Shown here: positions 55,088-64,000 of the stretch, one piece after another
How positions within the stretch are numbered: position 1 is the first letter of the stretch
Layout of the letters: each line of letters starts with the position of its first letter
Source of the DNA: an uncultured delta proteobacterium
Lineage (GTDB): Bacteria; Desulfobacterota; Desulfuromonadia; Desulfuromonadales; JACZKF01
Assembly (NCBI GenBank): GCA_963816395.1
Contig: CAWFKQ010000005.1
Span: 320,001-384,000 of the forward strand
Direction of reading: 5' to 3'
Length of the DNA: 64,000 bases
Translations under genes and position numbers: made by a program
Notes under the pieces: model-generated
The model's database searches: none
What the model was told of the DNA's origin: nothing
The model's input: only the letters and a program-made list of their open reading frames with translations

Positions 55088-55210
55088 GAAAACAGAAAAG
55101 CCTTCCAGGAGCGAGTCCGAAAGGCCGTGACCAGAAGGAGATTTCTCCACCCCTTGCCGGTGCCGCTATTGCCTTCCGTCCCGGTCCCATCGGATCCAGG
55201 CGGTATTGTT
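55088..55210 (-). promoter_or_regulatory. pan RNA motif-like leader with intrinsic terminator
   Basis: Minus strand CCGCCTGGATCCGATGGGACCGGGACGG bulged hairpin, then GGCCTTTCGGA-CTCGC-TCCTGGAAGGCTTTTCTGTTTT terminator just before panB. Confidence 0.7.
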
Positions 55211-55494
55211 TCGTTCAGTAAAACCTGCGGCTGTTCGCTCCGGTACGGGTTCCGGGCTGACCGCAACAAAATCCAAAAAAACGTTTTATCCTATACCATA
55301 TGCAGCAAAAGTTGTCCAGAAAAATTCGCGACCTTCATCCCCCACCGACAGGCCGAGAACGTCAGGTGCTTCGGGCTTTTGCGGGGGGGCCGAAGATCGC
55401 AGACGGTCCCTGGGAAAACGCTGCGGGTTGGCAGTTGCATTACCGGCAGATTGCGCTAATTATATGAATGTGGGTTTGCTAACCGGAGGTGTTT

Positions 55495-55746
55495 ATGCTG
55501 GGTCTGAAGATCCGTGACGAAATCCGTTGGCACGACCGATGGTCGGCCGAGATCGGGCGCCGGCTTCAGGTCAAGGACAGCACCAATGACCTGTATATTT
55601 TCGACGAACGGCACAGCCGCAAGGACATCCTCTCCATCCTGAAGGAAGCCCCGAAGGAGCTGTATGAGTTATTTGAAGTCCGGGAGGCTCCGGAGGAGGA
55701 ATGCGATTACATGGCTGATTCGGGACGTTGTTACAGCCGCAGGTAA
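55495..55746 (+). CDS. Small hypothetical protein
   Basis: GGAGG RBS, MLGLKIRDEIRW...EECDYMADSGRCY. Confidence 0.65.
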   Translation: MLGLKIRDEIRWHDRWSAEIGRRLQVKDSTNDLYIFDERHSRKDILSILKEAPKELYELFEVREAPEEECDYMADSGRCYSRR

Positions 55747-55839
55747 GTCATGGGTCGCTCGGCCCCTTTCCTTTCATCCTCTGCAGAAAAGAGGATTCGC
55801 CCGTCCGGGTCAGGGACGGGCGAACAGGGAGAACCAATC

Positions 55840-56040
55840 ATGTTGATGGCTACTGTCCGTCTGCAGATGGCGAACGGACATGAAGTTTACTTCCGCGCCC
55901 GCCGCAGCGAAATCCACCGGCTGGTGCTCAGCCGTCACCAGCGCCAGCCAGAAGTTGTTGGGCAACATATCATCACGACGGAAAAGAACGTCCCCATCAC
56001 CGTCGATCTGCAGGAAATCCGGACGATTCACATCATGTAG
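55840..56040 (+). CDS. Small hypothetical protein
   Basis: GGAGA RBS, MLMATVRLQMANGHEVYFRA... Confidence 0.5.
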   Translation: MLMATVRLQMANGHEVYFRARRSEIHRLVLSRHQRQPEVVGQHIITTEKNVPITVDLQEIRTIHIM

Positions 56041-56112
56041 CCGCCTTCGCAAGGCTTCGGCCCCCGGGGTTGGTTCGCCAGGCATCGACGACTAGATGGT
56101 TTTCTACTTCGC

Positions 56113-56643
56113 TCAGTAGCGGGCGTCGGCGAATTCCACCCAACCTCCCGCCTGCACCAGTGCCTTGTCGAAAGGGGAGATATCGAAGGCGAACACCTCG
56201 CTTCGGCCGCCCGCCCGGGCGGTGATCTGCTGTCCGTTCAGATCGACATCGAACTCCACCTCCCCTTCCCCGCCCAGGGCAAAGAGGCGATCGATTTCCG
56301 CTTTCGGCAATTCAATCGCCAGCATGCCGCCGTTGAACATGTTCTGGCGGAAAATCCGGGCATAGCTCTCGGCGATGATGGTATGGATATCGTTGACTTC
56401 GAAAACCCAGGGGGCATGTTCCCGCGAGGAACCGCAGCCGAAGTTTTCTCTGGCGACCACCACCCGGGCCGCCTTCAGCCGCTCCCCCTTGGGATCGAAT
56501 CCCTCCAGCTTGATATCCTCCAGGATGTAGGGACGAAGAGCTTCCTTGGTCACCTCTGTAAGATATTTGGCAGGAATGATTTCATCCGTATTGATATCGG
56601 AGCGATCAAGGAAGATCGCCGGTCCGCCGAAGGTCTTTTCCAT
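56113..56643 (-). CDS. leuD: 3-isopropylmalate dehydratase small subunit
   Basis: DINTDEIIPAKYL, NFGCGSSREHA. Confidence 0.95.
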   Translation of the reverse strand: MEKTFGGPAIFLDRSDINTDEIIPAKYLTEVTKEALRPYILEDIKLEGFDPKGERLKAARVVVARENFGCGSSREHAPWVFEVNDIHTIIAESYARIFRQNMFNGGMLAIELPKAEIDRLFALGGEGEVEFDVDLNGQQITARAGGRSEVFAFDISPFDKALVQAGGWVEFADARY

Positions 56644-56657
56644 AAGTTGTCTTCCTT

Positions 56658-57938
56658 TCAAATTTTCCGGGCATCGGTGATTACCCCGGCAATCGCCGTG
56701 GCAGCGGCCGTGGCTGGGCTCATCAGGTGCACCATCCCACCCTTGCCCATGCGCCCGTTGAAGTTACGGTTACTGGTGGAGGCGCAGACTTCCCCTTCCG
56801 CCAGTACCCCGTTGCTCATTCCCAGACAGGCGCCGCAGGTCGGATTGGTGACACAGAAGCCGGCATCCATGAAAATCTGGATGATCCCCTCGGCCAGGGC
56901 ATCACCGAAGATCTTGGGGGTGGCGGGAGAAACGATCCCGCGCACCGAATCGGCGATGCGCCGCCCCTGGAGAATCCCGGCAGCGATGCGCAGGTCTTCC
57001 AGCCGGCCGTTGGTGCAGGTGCCGATGTATACCTGATCGACGGGAGTACCGGACAGCTCTTTCGCCGCCTTGACGCAGTCCGGCTTGAAGCCATAGGTGA
57101 CCTGCGGTTCCAGGTCGGAGAGATCGAAGTCGAGAACCTTTTCGTAGGCGGCGTCAGAATCGGAATGCCACAGCCGGAAATCGGCCAGGGCGGCATCCCG
57201 ACTGGCATAGTCGTTCTGGATAAACGGCCAGAGGTAATCGACCGTGGTTGCATCGGGCAGACAGATGCCGGAAGTACCGCCGGCCTCGATCGCCATATTG
57301 CACAGAGTCATCCGCGATTCCATGGACATGGCATCGACGACCGGTCCACGGAATTCGATCACCCGGTCGGTAGCGCCATTCACCCCGAGACGGCCGATGA
57401 CGAAGAGAATGGCGTCCTTGGCGTAGACCCCCGGGGCCAGATGCCCATTGAGGTTGATGCGGATCGTCTTCGGTTCACGGAAAGCGCATACACCCTTGAG
57501 GATCCCCACCTCCAGATCGGTAGTGCCGACACCAGCGGCAAAAGCGCCGAAGGCGCCATGGGTGCAGGTGTGGCTGTCCCCCATGATGACCGTGTAGCCG
57601 GGGCGGATATATCCCTTCTCCGGGAAGAGGGCGTGACAGACGCCGTTACGGCCGACATCGAAGAAATCGGTGATGGCGTGGCGGCGGGCCCAGTCGCGAA
57701 GCATCTTGGCCTGGGTGGCGGTTTTACTGTCCTTGGACGGAGTCACATGATCGATGACCGCTTTGATTTTGCTGCGGTCGAAAACCCTATCCTTGCCGCG
57801 CCAGACAAGATCGGCAATGGCCACCGGAGTGGTGATCTCGTGGCAGAGGACCCGGTCGAGATCGAGGACCTTGGTCCCGGGAAAGGGCTCGTCCCGAAGA
57901 TGGGCATCAAAGATTTTTTCCGCAATATTCTTTCCCAT
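56658..57938 (-). CDS. leuC: 3-isopropylmalate dehydratase large subunit
   Basis: GDSHTCTHGAFG, IGTCTNGR, CGACLG, STSNRNFNGRMG. Confidence 0.95.
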   Translation of the reverse strand: MGKNIAEKIFDAHLRDEPFPGTKVLDLDRVLCHEITTPVAIADLVWRGKDRVFDRSKIKAVIDHVTPSKDSKTATQAKMLRDWARRHAITDFFDVGRNGVCHALFPEKGYIRPGYTVIMGDSHTCTHGAFGAFAAGVGTTDLEVGILKGVCAFREPKTIRINLNGHLAPGVYAKDAILFVIGRLGVNGATDRVIEFRGPVVDAMSMESRMTLCNMAIEAGGTSGICLPDATTVDYLWPFIQNDYASRDAALADFRLWHSDSDAAYEKVLDFDLSDLEPQVTYGFKPDCVKAAKELSGTPVDQVYIGTCTNGRLEDLRIAAGILQGRRIADSVRGIVSPATPKIFGDALAEGIIQIFMDAGFCVTNPTCGACLGMSNGVLAEGEVCASTSNRNFNGRMGKGGMVHLMSPATAAATAIAGVITDARKI

Positions 57939-57959
57939 GTTCTCTCCTTGGCAAATCGA

Positions 57960-58022
57960 AGGTATCAGGTGCCAGGTATCAGGAGCCAGGATTTCATCAG
58001 GAATTTTTGTACCTGCTACCTG
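57960..58022. repeat. 7-mer hairpin element, CAGGTAT type
   Basis: AGGTATC AGGTGCC AGGTATC AGGAGCC AGG ... TGTACCT GCTACCT G. Confidence 0.75.
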
Positions 58023-58033
58023 TTTCCTTATAT

Positions 58034-59572
58034 CTACAGATGAACGCTGGTGCGTTTGACCACCGAAGCCATCTTATTGAGGGCGTTGAGGTAGGCCTTG
58101 GCGCTGGCGACGATGATATCGGGGTGGGCGCCCTGTCCGAGGACCTCGCGGCCGTCTTCCTCCAGGCGCACCGTGCATTCCCCCTGGGCATCGGTGCCAC
58201 CGGTAATCGCCCCGACCGAGAACTGCAGCAGTCGGGCCTGGCTCCGGGTCAGCTTCTTGATGGCCTTGAAGGTCGCATCGACCGGCCCATCTCCCATGAC
58301 CGCGGTCTTTCTAACCCTGCCATCCACCTCCAGTTCGACGGTAGCCGTCGGGGCGGCGAATGAGCCTGAAGCGACATTCATCTGCCGCAGCCGATAGCGT
58401 TCCGGCACCCGGATGATTTCATCGGCAACGATGGCGTCCAGATCCTCATCGAAAATTTCCTTTTTCTGGTCAGCCAGTGACTTGAAGCGGACGAAAGCCT
58501 TTTCGATGTCCTCCTTGCCGAGCTCATAACCAAGCTCCTTCAGGCGGTCAATAAAGGCATGTCTACCGGAGTGCTTTCCCAGCACCAGTTTGTTCTGATT
58601 GAGGCCGATCGACTCGGGCGTCATGATCTCATAGGTCGATTTTTCCATCAAGACCCCATGCTGGTGGATCCCTGCTTCGTGAGCAAAAGCGTTGGCCCCG
58701 ACTACGGCTTTGTTCGGTTGGACGACGATGCCGGTGATGGTGGAGAGCAGTTTGCTGGCTGCATAGATATGCTCGGTCATAACCTTGGTGGCAAAGGGGA
58801 GAATATCGTGGCGGGTGCGCAGGGCCATCACCACCTCCTCCAGAGAACAGTTGCCGGCCCGTTCGCCGATACCGTTGATGGTGCATTCCACCTGCTCGGC
58901 ACCAGCCTGAATTGCCGCCAGGGAGTTGGCGACCGCCAGCCCCAGATCGTTATGGCAGTGGACGGAGAGAATCGCCTGCTCGACGTTCGCCACGTTTTCC
59001 TTCAAGTACTTGATGAGGTTGAAGTATTCGAAGGGGATGGTGTAGCCGACGGTGTCCGGGATGTTGACCACCTTGGCGCCGGCCTCGATAACTGCCTCGA
59101 CGATTTTGGCCAGAAACGGCAGACGGGTGCGGGCGGCGTCCTCTGCCGAGAACTCGACGTTGGGAGTGTAGCGGGCGGCCCGCCGGACCGCTTTGATCGC
59201 CGTCTCCACAACCTGGTCCTCACTCATCTTCAACTTGTGCTGCATATGAATGTCACTGGTGGCGATGAAGGTATGGATGCGGCCGCGCTCACCGGCGAAT
59301 TTCAGGGCTTCCCAGGCCCGGTCGATGTCCATGTCGTTGGCCCGGCAGAGGCCGGCGATCTGTGGCCCTCTGATGGTCTGGGCGATCTTTTTGACCGCCT
59401 CGAAATCCCCATCCGAGGCGATGGGAAAGCCTGCCTCGATCACGTCGACATTCAACTTCTCAAGTTGATGGGCGATGCGCAGCTTCTCATCGATGTTCAT
59501 GCTGGCGCCAGGCGACTGCTCGCCATCGCGCAGAGTGGTATCGAAAATCTGGATCATCTTCGGCTTGTCCAT
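58034..59572 (-). CDS. leuA: 2-isopropylmalate synthase
   Basis: [46 protein letters not shown]. Confidence 0.97.
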   Translation of the reverse strand: MDKPKMIQIFDTTLRDGEQSPGASMNIDEKLRIAHQLEKLNVDVIEAGFPIASDGDFEAVKKIAQTIRGPQIAGLCRANDMDIDRAWEALKFAGERGRIHTFIATSDIHMQHKLKMSEDQVVETAIKAVRRAARYTPNVEFSAEDAARTRLPFLAKIVEAVIEAGAKVVNIPDTVGYTIPFEYFNLIKYLKENVANVEQAILSVHCHNDLGLAVANSLAAIQAGAEQVECTINGIGERAGNCSLEEVVMALRTRHDILPFATKVMTEHIYAASKLLSTITGIVVQPNKAVVGANAFAHEAGIHQHGVLMEKSTYEIMTPESIGLNQNKLVLGKHSGRHAFIDRLKELGYELGKEDIEKAFVRFKSLADQKKEIFDEDLDAIVADEIIRVPERYRLRQMNVASGSFAAPTATVELEVDGRVRKTAVMGDGPVDATFKAIKKLTRSQARLLQFSVGAITGGTDAQGECTVRLEEDGREVLGQGAHPDIIVASAKAYLNALNKMASVVKRTSVHL

Positions 59573-59733
59573 GACTCCTCCTTTTTAACACGCCGTCGAA
59601 AGAGCGGCCGTGGCGTTCATTTGCGGGATCGATATGTCCGGATAATGCAGTCCTAGCTCTCCCAGGTCCGATTCCATGCGACCACCCCCTTTCCGGGTAT
59701 CCCTACCTGCCCCGCATGAGGGCAGGCAGGACA

Positions 59734-59990
59734 TAAATAAAAAACTCCCGCCCCATCCAGGGGCGAGAGCAGAAGCTTCGCGGTACCACCCTGATTCACC
59801 CGCCGCCTTTCTCACGCTGCAGCGGGCCTTGTTGTCCTTTACGCAGACTCACGGCACCGGCTAAGCTGCCACTGGCAGACTCACCGATGCGGCTCCGAGG
59901 CGAGTTCGATTCCTTCCTGTACCGGCTTGCAGCGACCGCCGACTCTCTGCGACAGGGGGGAGAATCTACTACTCCTCTTCAACGCCTTTC
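59734..59990 (-). promoter_or_regulatory. T-box riboswitch (Leu specifier) upstream of leuA
   Basis: Minus strand: GAAGAGGAGTAGTAG, AGAGA and GCTG stem I motifs, GAA-CTC specifier (59904-59902), AATCAGGGTGGTACCGCG T-box, terminator CTCGCCCC...GGGGCGGGAGTTTTT. Confidence 0.9.
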
Positions 59991-60081
59991 CTTGTTATGT
60001 CTGCCTAATTAACCAGACCCATCGGGTCCTGTCAAGCGGTTTTTTCATCCTTCCGGACATCTCCAGTCCCGCCCCTGCCTG

Positions 60082-60831
60082 TTAACCTCGCCGCCGATTG
60101 CGCAGCAGGCGCAGCAGATAACCGATGGGACCGGCAATCATGTAGGCGAAAAAGAGGAGGAAAAACATGATCTCCGGTTGCGCCACCACGACGATGATGA
60201 TGAAGATTGCCAGCACCAGAAATCCGAATGGTTGCCGTTTGACAAGTTCCGGGTCTTTGAATGAATAGTAGCGAAAATTACTCACCATCAGAAAGGCCAG
60301 AACATAGATGAGAACCAGGATGGAAACCTTTTTGATGGTCCCCGAGCCACCCAGATGATAAAAAAGCAGGACGCAGGAGGCTACCATGCTGGCGGCGGCC
60401 GGGATCGGCAGGCCGACGAATCGCTTCGATTCGACGGTCGTCACCTGCACGTTGAAGCGGGCCAGGCGCAAGGCGCCGCAGACCACATAGAGAAACGCAG
60501 CGAGCCAGCCCAGTTTGCCGAAGGGTTTTAGCGCCCAGGCGTACATCAGCAGTCCCGGCGCTACACCGAAAGCCACCAGATCGGCCAGGGAGTCGTATTC
60601 CACCCCGAATTTGCTGGTGGTACCCGTCAGACGCGCCACCTTGCCGTCGAGAGCGTCAAAAATAGAGGAGACCAGGATGAACCAGGCAGCGAGATAATAG
60701 TTGCCCCCCATGGTGGCAACTATTCCGTAAAAACCGGCAAAAAGGCTGCCGGTAGTAAACAGATTGGGAAGGATATAGACCCCTTTGCGCAGACTTTCAC
60801 GCCGGTCCGGGGCCATTTTTTCGTCGATCAT
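60082..60831 (-). CDS. pssA: CDP-diacylglycerol--serine O-phosphatidyltransferase
   Basis: LPNLFT, DALDGKVAR, DSLADLVAFGVAP, LRLARFN. Confidence 0.95.
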   Translation of the reverse strand: MIDEKMAPDRRESLRKGVYILPNLFTTGSLFAGFYGIVATMGGNYYLAAWFILVSSIFDALDGKVARLTGTTSKFGVEYDSLADLVAFGVAPGLLMYAWALKPFGKLGWLAAFLYVVCGALRLARFNVQVTTVESKRFVGLPIPAAASMVASCVLLFYHLGGSGTIKKVSILVLIYVLAFLMVSNFRYYSFKDPELVKRQPFGFLVLAIFIIIVVVAQPEIMFFLLFFAYMIAGPIGYLLRLLRNRRRG

Positions 60832-61472
60832 TGCATATAGCCCAGGACCGATTCGCCGGCAACGGCTTTATCGCCCACCCGGACCGTTACTTCCGCTCCC
60901 AGCGGAAAATACAGGTCGACACGGGACCCGAAACGGATCAGGCCGTAGCGCTGGCCACGCCGGAGCAGGTCGCCAACGACCGGATAGGAGATGATGCGAC
61001 GGGCGATCAGACCGGCGATCTGAACGAAGAGCAGGCGTTTGCCGCTTTCGGTCTCCAGGAGAATGCCGGCCTGTTCATTCTGCAGGCTCGCCTTGTCCAG
61101 GGAAGCGTTGAAAAACTCTCCCTTGTTGTAGAACATGTCAACAACCTTGCCGCTGAATGGGACCCGGTTGACATGGACATTGAAGACGGACATGAATATG
61201 CTCACCTTGACTGCTTCGGCCTGGAAATAGCGGTCTTCCCGCACCGTGCCGACGAAAACCACCTTGCCATCCGCCGGCGATACGACCGCCAGCGGGTCGA
61301 CCGGGGGGTGCCGCTCGGGATTGCGGAAAAAATAGATGGTAAACAGGCACAGCACCAAGCTGAGAACCGTCAGCACCGACCAGCCGAGCAGGGCGAAAAT
61401 CAGGGTGACGAAAGCGAACAGAGCAATGAAAGGGTAACCTTCGACCGCTACCGGCTGAGTCTGGTTGCGCAT
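60828..61472 (-). CDS. psd: Phosphatidylserine decarboxylase
   Basis: FFRNPER, SPADGKV, HVNRVP, IRFGSRVD. Confidence 0.95.
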   Translation of the reverse strand: MRNQTQPVAVEGYPFIALFAFVTLIFALLGWSVLTVLSLVLCLFTIYFFRNPERHPPVDPLAVVSPADGKVVFVGTVREDRYFQAEAVKVSIFMSVFNVHVNRVPFSGKVVDMFYNKGEFFNASLDKASLQNEQAGILLETESGKRLLFVQIAGLIARRIISYPVVGDLLRRGQRYGLIRFGSRVDLYFPLGAEVTVRVGDKAVAGESVLGYMQ

Positions 61473-61500
61473 GGGACTCCGGAAGGATAAGAGAAGGGAA

Positions 61501-61543
61501 GCCGGGGGTGAGGAGGAAAACCTTGGCTCCTCACCCCTTCGGC
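61501..61543. terminator. Hairpin after ilvC
   Basis: GCCGGGGGTGAGGAG ... CTCCTCACCCCTTCGGC. Confidence 0.55.
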
Positions 61544-61555
61544 TGATTTTCCAGT

Positions 61556-62656
<1,101 letters not shown>

Positions 62657-62668
62657 TCATCCGGCCGC

Positions 62669-63166
62669 TTATTCACTCCCCCGCCACCCCTTGGGACCGC
62701 GGCCGAGAACCACCGGCCCCGAGCGCACCAGTTCCTTGATCCCCATCGGGCGCAGCAGTTCGATAATGGCATTGACCTTGCTGGGAGCACCGGTGATCTC
62801 GACGGTATAGGAGCGGGCGGTAACATCGACCACCTTGGCCCGGAAGATGTCGGCGATGCGCAGGACCTCGGCCCGCGAACTCTCCTCGGCGGCAACCTTG
62901 ATCAGGGCCATTTCCCGCTCCACGTAATCCTGTCCGGTGAAGTCGATGACCTTGATGGTGTCGATCAGCTTATTCAGCTGTTTGGTAATCTGTTCGAGAA
63001 TCTGTTCATCGCCGCTGGTAACGATGGTCATCCGTGAAATGCTCGGATCGAGGGTGGGGGCGACCGCCAGGCTCTCGATGTTGAAGCCCCGCCCGGAAAA
63101 AAGTCCGGAGATCCGGGCCAGAACCCCGAATTCGTTTTCCACCAGCACCGAAATGGTATGTTTCAT
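62669..63166 (-). CDS. ilvN: Acetolactate synthase small subunit
   Basis: MKHTISVLVENEFGVLARISGLFSGRGFNIESL. Confidence 0.96.
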   Translation of the reverse strand: MKHTISVLVENEFGVLARISGLFSGRGFNIESLAVAPTLDPSISRMTIVTSGDEQILEQITKQLNKLIDTIKVIDFTGQDYVEREMALIKVAAEESSRAEVLRIADIFRAKVVDVTARSYTVEITGAPSKVNAIIELLRPMGIKELVRSGPVVLGRGPKGWRGSE

Positions 63167-63197
63167 CGCAGTAATCTCCTCCATCGCAGAGAAACGG

Positions 63198-64000
63198 TCA
63201 GGACGCCAACACCATTTCATTCAAACCGGCGCCGGCGGGTACCATCGGCAGGACATTCTCCTCCCGGGCCACCTTGAACTCCATGATCACCGGCCCCGGA
63301 GTCTCCAGGGCCTGGCGAATTACGCCCTCCACCTCATCCGGCCGGGTGGCGCGCAAGCCGGCAGCACCATAGGCTTCGGCGAGTTTGGCAAAATCGATGG
63401 GGAGTTCGAGGCAGGTCTGGCTGTAGCGGCGGTTGAAGAAAAGCTGCTGCCACTGGCGTACCATGCCGAGAAAATTATTGTTGAGAATAGCAATCTTCAC
63501 CGGCAGACGATACTGCACCAGGGTCGCCATTTCCTGAGAATTCATCTGAAAGGAGCCGTCGCCGGAGATGTCGATCACCTGCCGGTCGGGGTAGGCGGCC
63601 TGCGCCCCGAGAGCCGCCGGCAAGCCGAAACCCATGGTGCCGAGACCGCCGGAGCTCAGGAAGGTACGCGCCTGGCGAAAATCGAAGAACTGAGCGGTCC
63701 ACATCTGGTGCTGCCCGACTTCAGTGGTGACAATGGCGTCATCGGCGGTCAACTCGCGGAGCTTCTCAATGACGTACTGCGGCTTGATCACCGAAGAGGA
63801 CGGCTGGTATCCCATCGGATGCTCTTCTTTCCAGCGGTTGATCTCGAGCAGCCAGGGTGCCGCTTCGGCGGTCAATTCACGGACCGCTTCATCCTGATCC
63901 CGCAGCTTTTTAACCATCTTCTGCAGGACATCCTTGAGATCGCCAACGATCGGCAGGTCAACCCGCACGTTTTTTTTGATCGAGGTCGGATCGATGTCGA
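63198..64000 (-). CDS. ilvB: Acetolactate synthase large subunit (5' part beyond window)
   Basis: VGQHQMW, SGGLGTMGFG, GDGSFQMN, NNNFLGMVRQWQ. Confidence 0.96.
   Translation of the reverse strand, partial: DIDPTSIKKNVRVDLPIVGDLKDVLQKMVKKLRDQDEAVRELTAEAAPWLLEINRWKEEHPMGYQPSSSVIKPQYVIEKLRELTADDAIVTTEVGQHQMWTAQFFDFRQARTFLSSGGLGTMGFGLPAALGAQAAYPDRQVIDISGDGSFQMNSQEMATLVQYRLPVKIAILNNNFLGMVRQWQQLFFNRRYSQTCLELPIDFAKLAEAYGAAGLRATRPDEVEGVIRQALETPGPVIMEFKVAREENVLPMVPAGAGLNEMVLAS

Overview
GC-rich bacterial chromosome segment, most consistent with a Desulfuromonadales-type deltaproteobacterium. This is an inference from the ilvB-ilvN-ilvC-psd-pssA-leuA-leuC-leuD order, a T-box before leuA and a PrsK-like kinase. 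Almost all genes are on the minus strand. Many conserved genes in 1-48 kb carry single-base frameshifts, probably long-read consensus errors. 1-19 kb is a capsule/EPS export region (Wzi, SLBB-type export protein, Wzz/GNVR) bracketed by two cysD-cysNC copies, with an extra APS kinase and an SLC13 permease. Small passenger genes sit inside it: two four-helix-bundle proteins, a GxxExxY nuclease, higA plus a higB stump, and a coiled-coil protein. The most striking feature is a 10-unit array of ~130-bp palindromic repeats (12397-13935) with a GxxExxY PD-(D/E)XK nuclease gene embedded in it. About 18 intergenic hairpins built from 7-mer repeats, often in a recurrent 44-bp higher-order unit, occupy gene junctions. 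19-48 kb holds a Mre11/SMC-like pair, a CbiF/CobM-like methyltransferase, tlyA, a glycosyl/methyltransferase cluster, prsK, an arn operon, a probable selenocysteine-containing OsmC protein, mrcB and a lytic transglycosylase. An island relic follows at the tmRNA 3' end (integrase stump, vapC broken by a micro-inversion). The window ends with smpB, panB-panC-panP under a pan RNA motif, and branched-chain amino acid genes with a Leu T-box.
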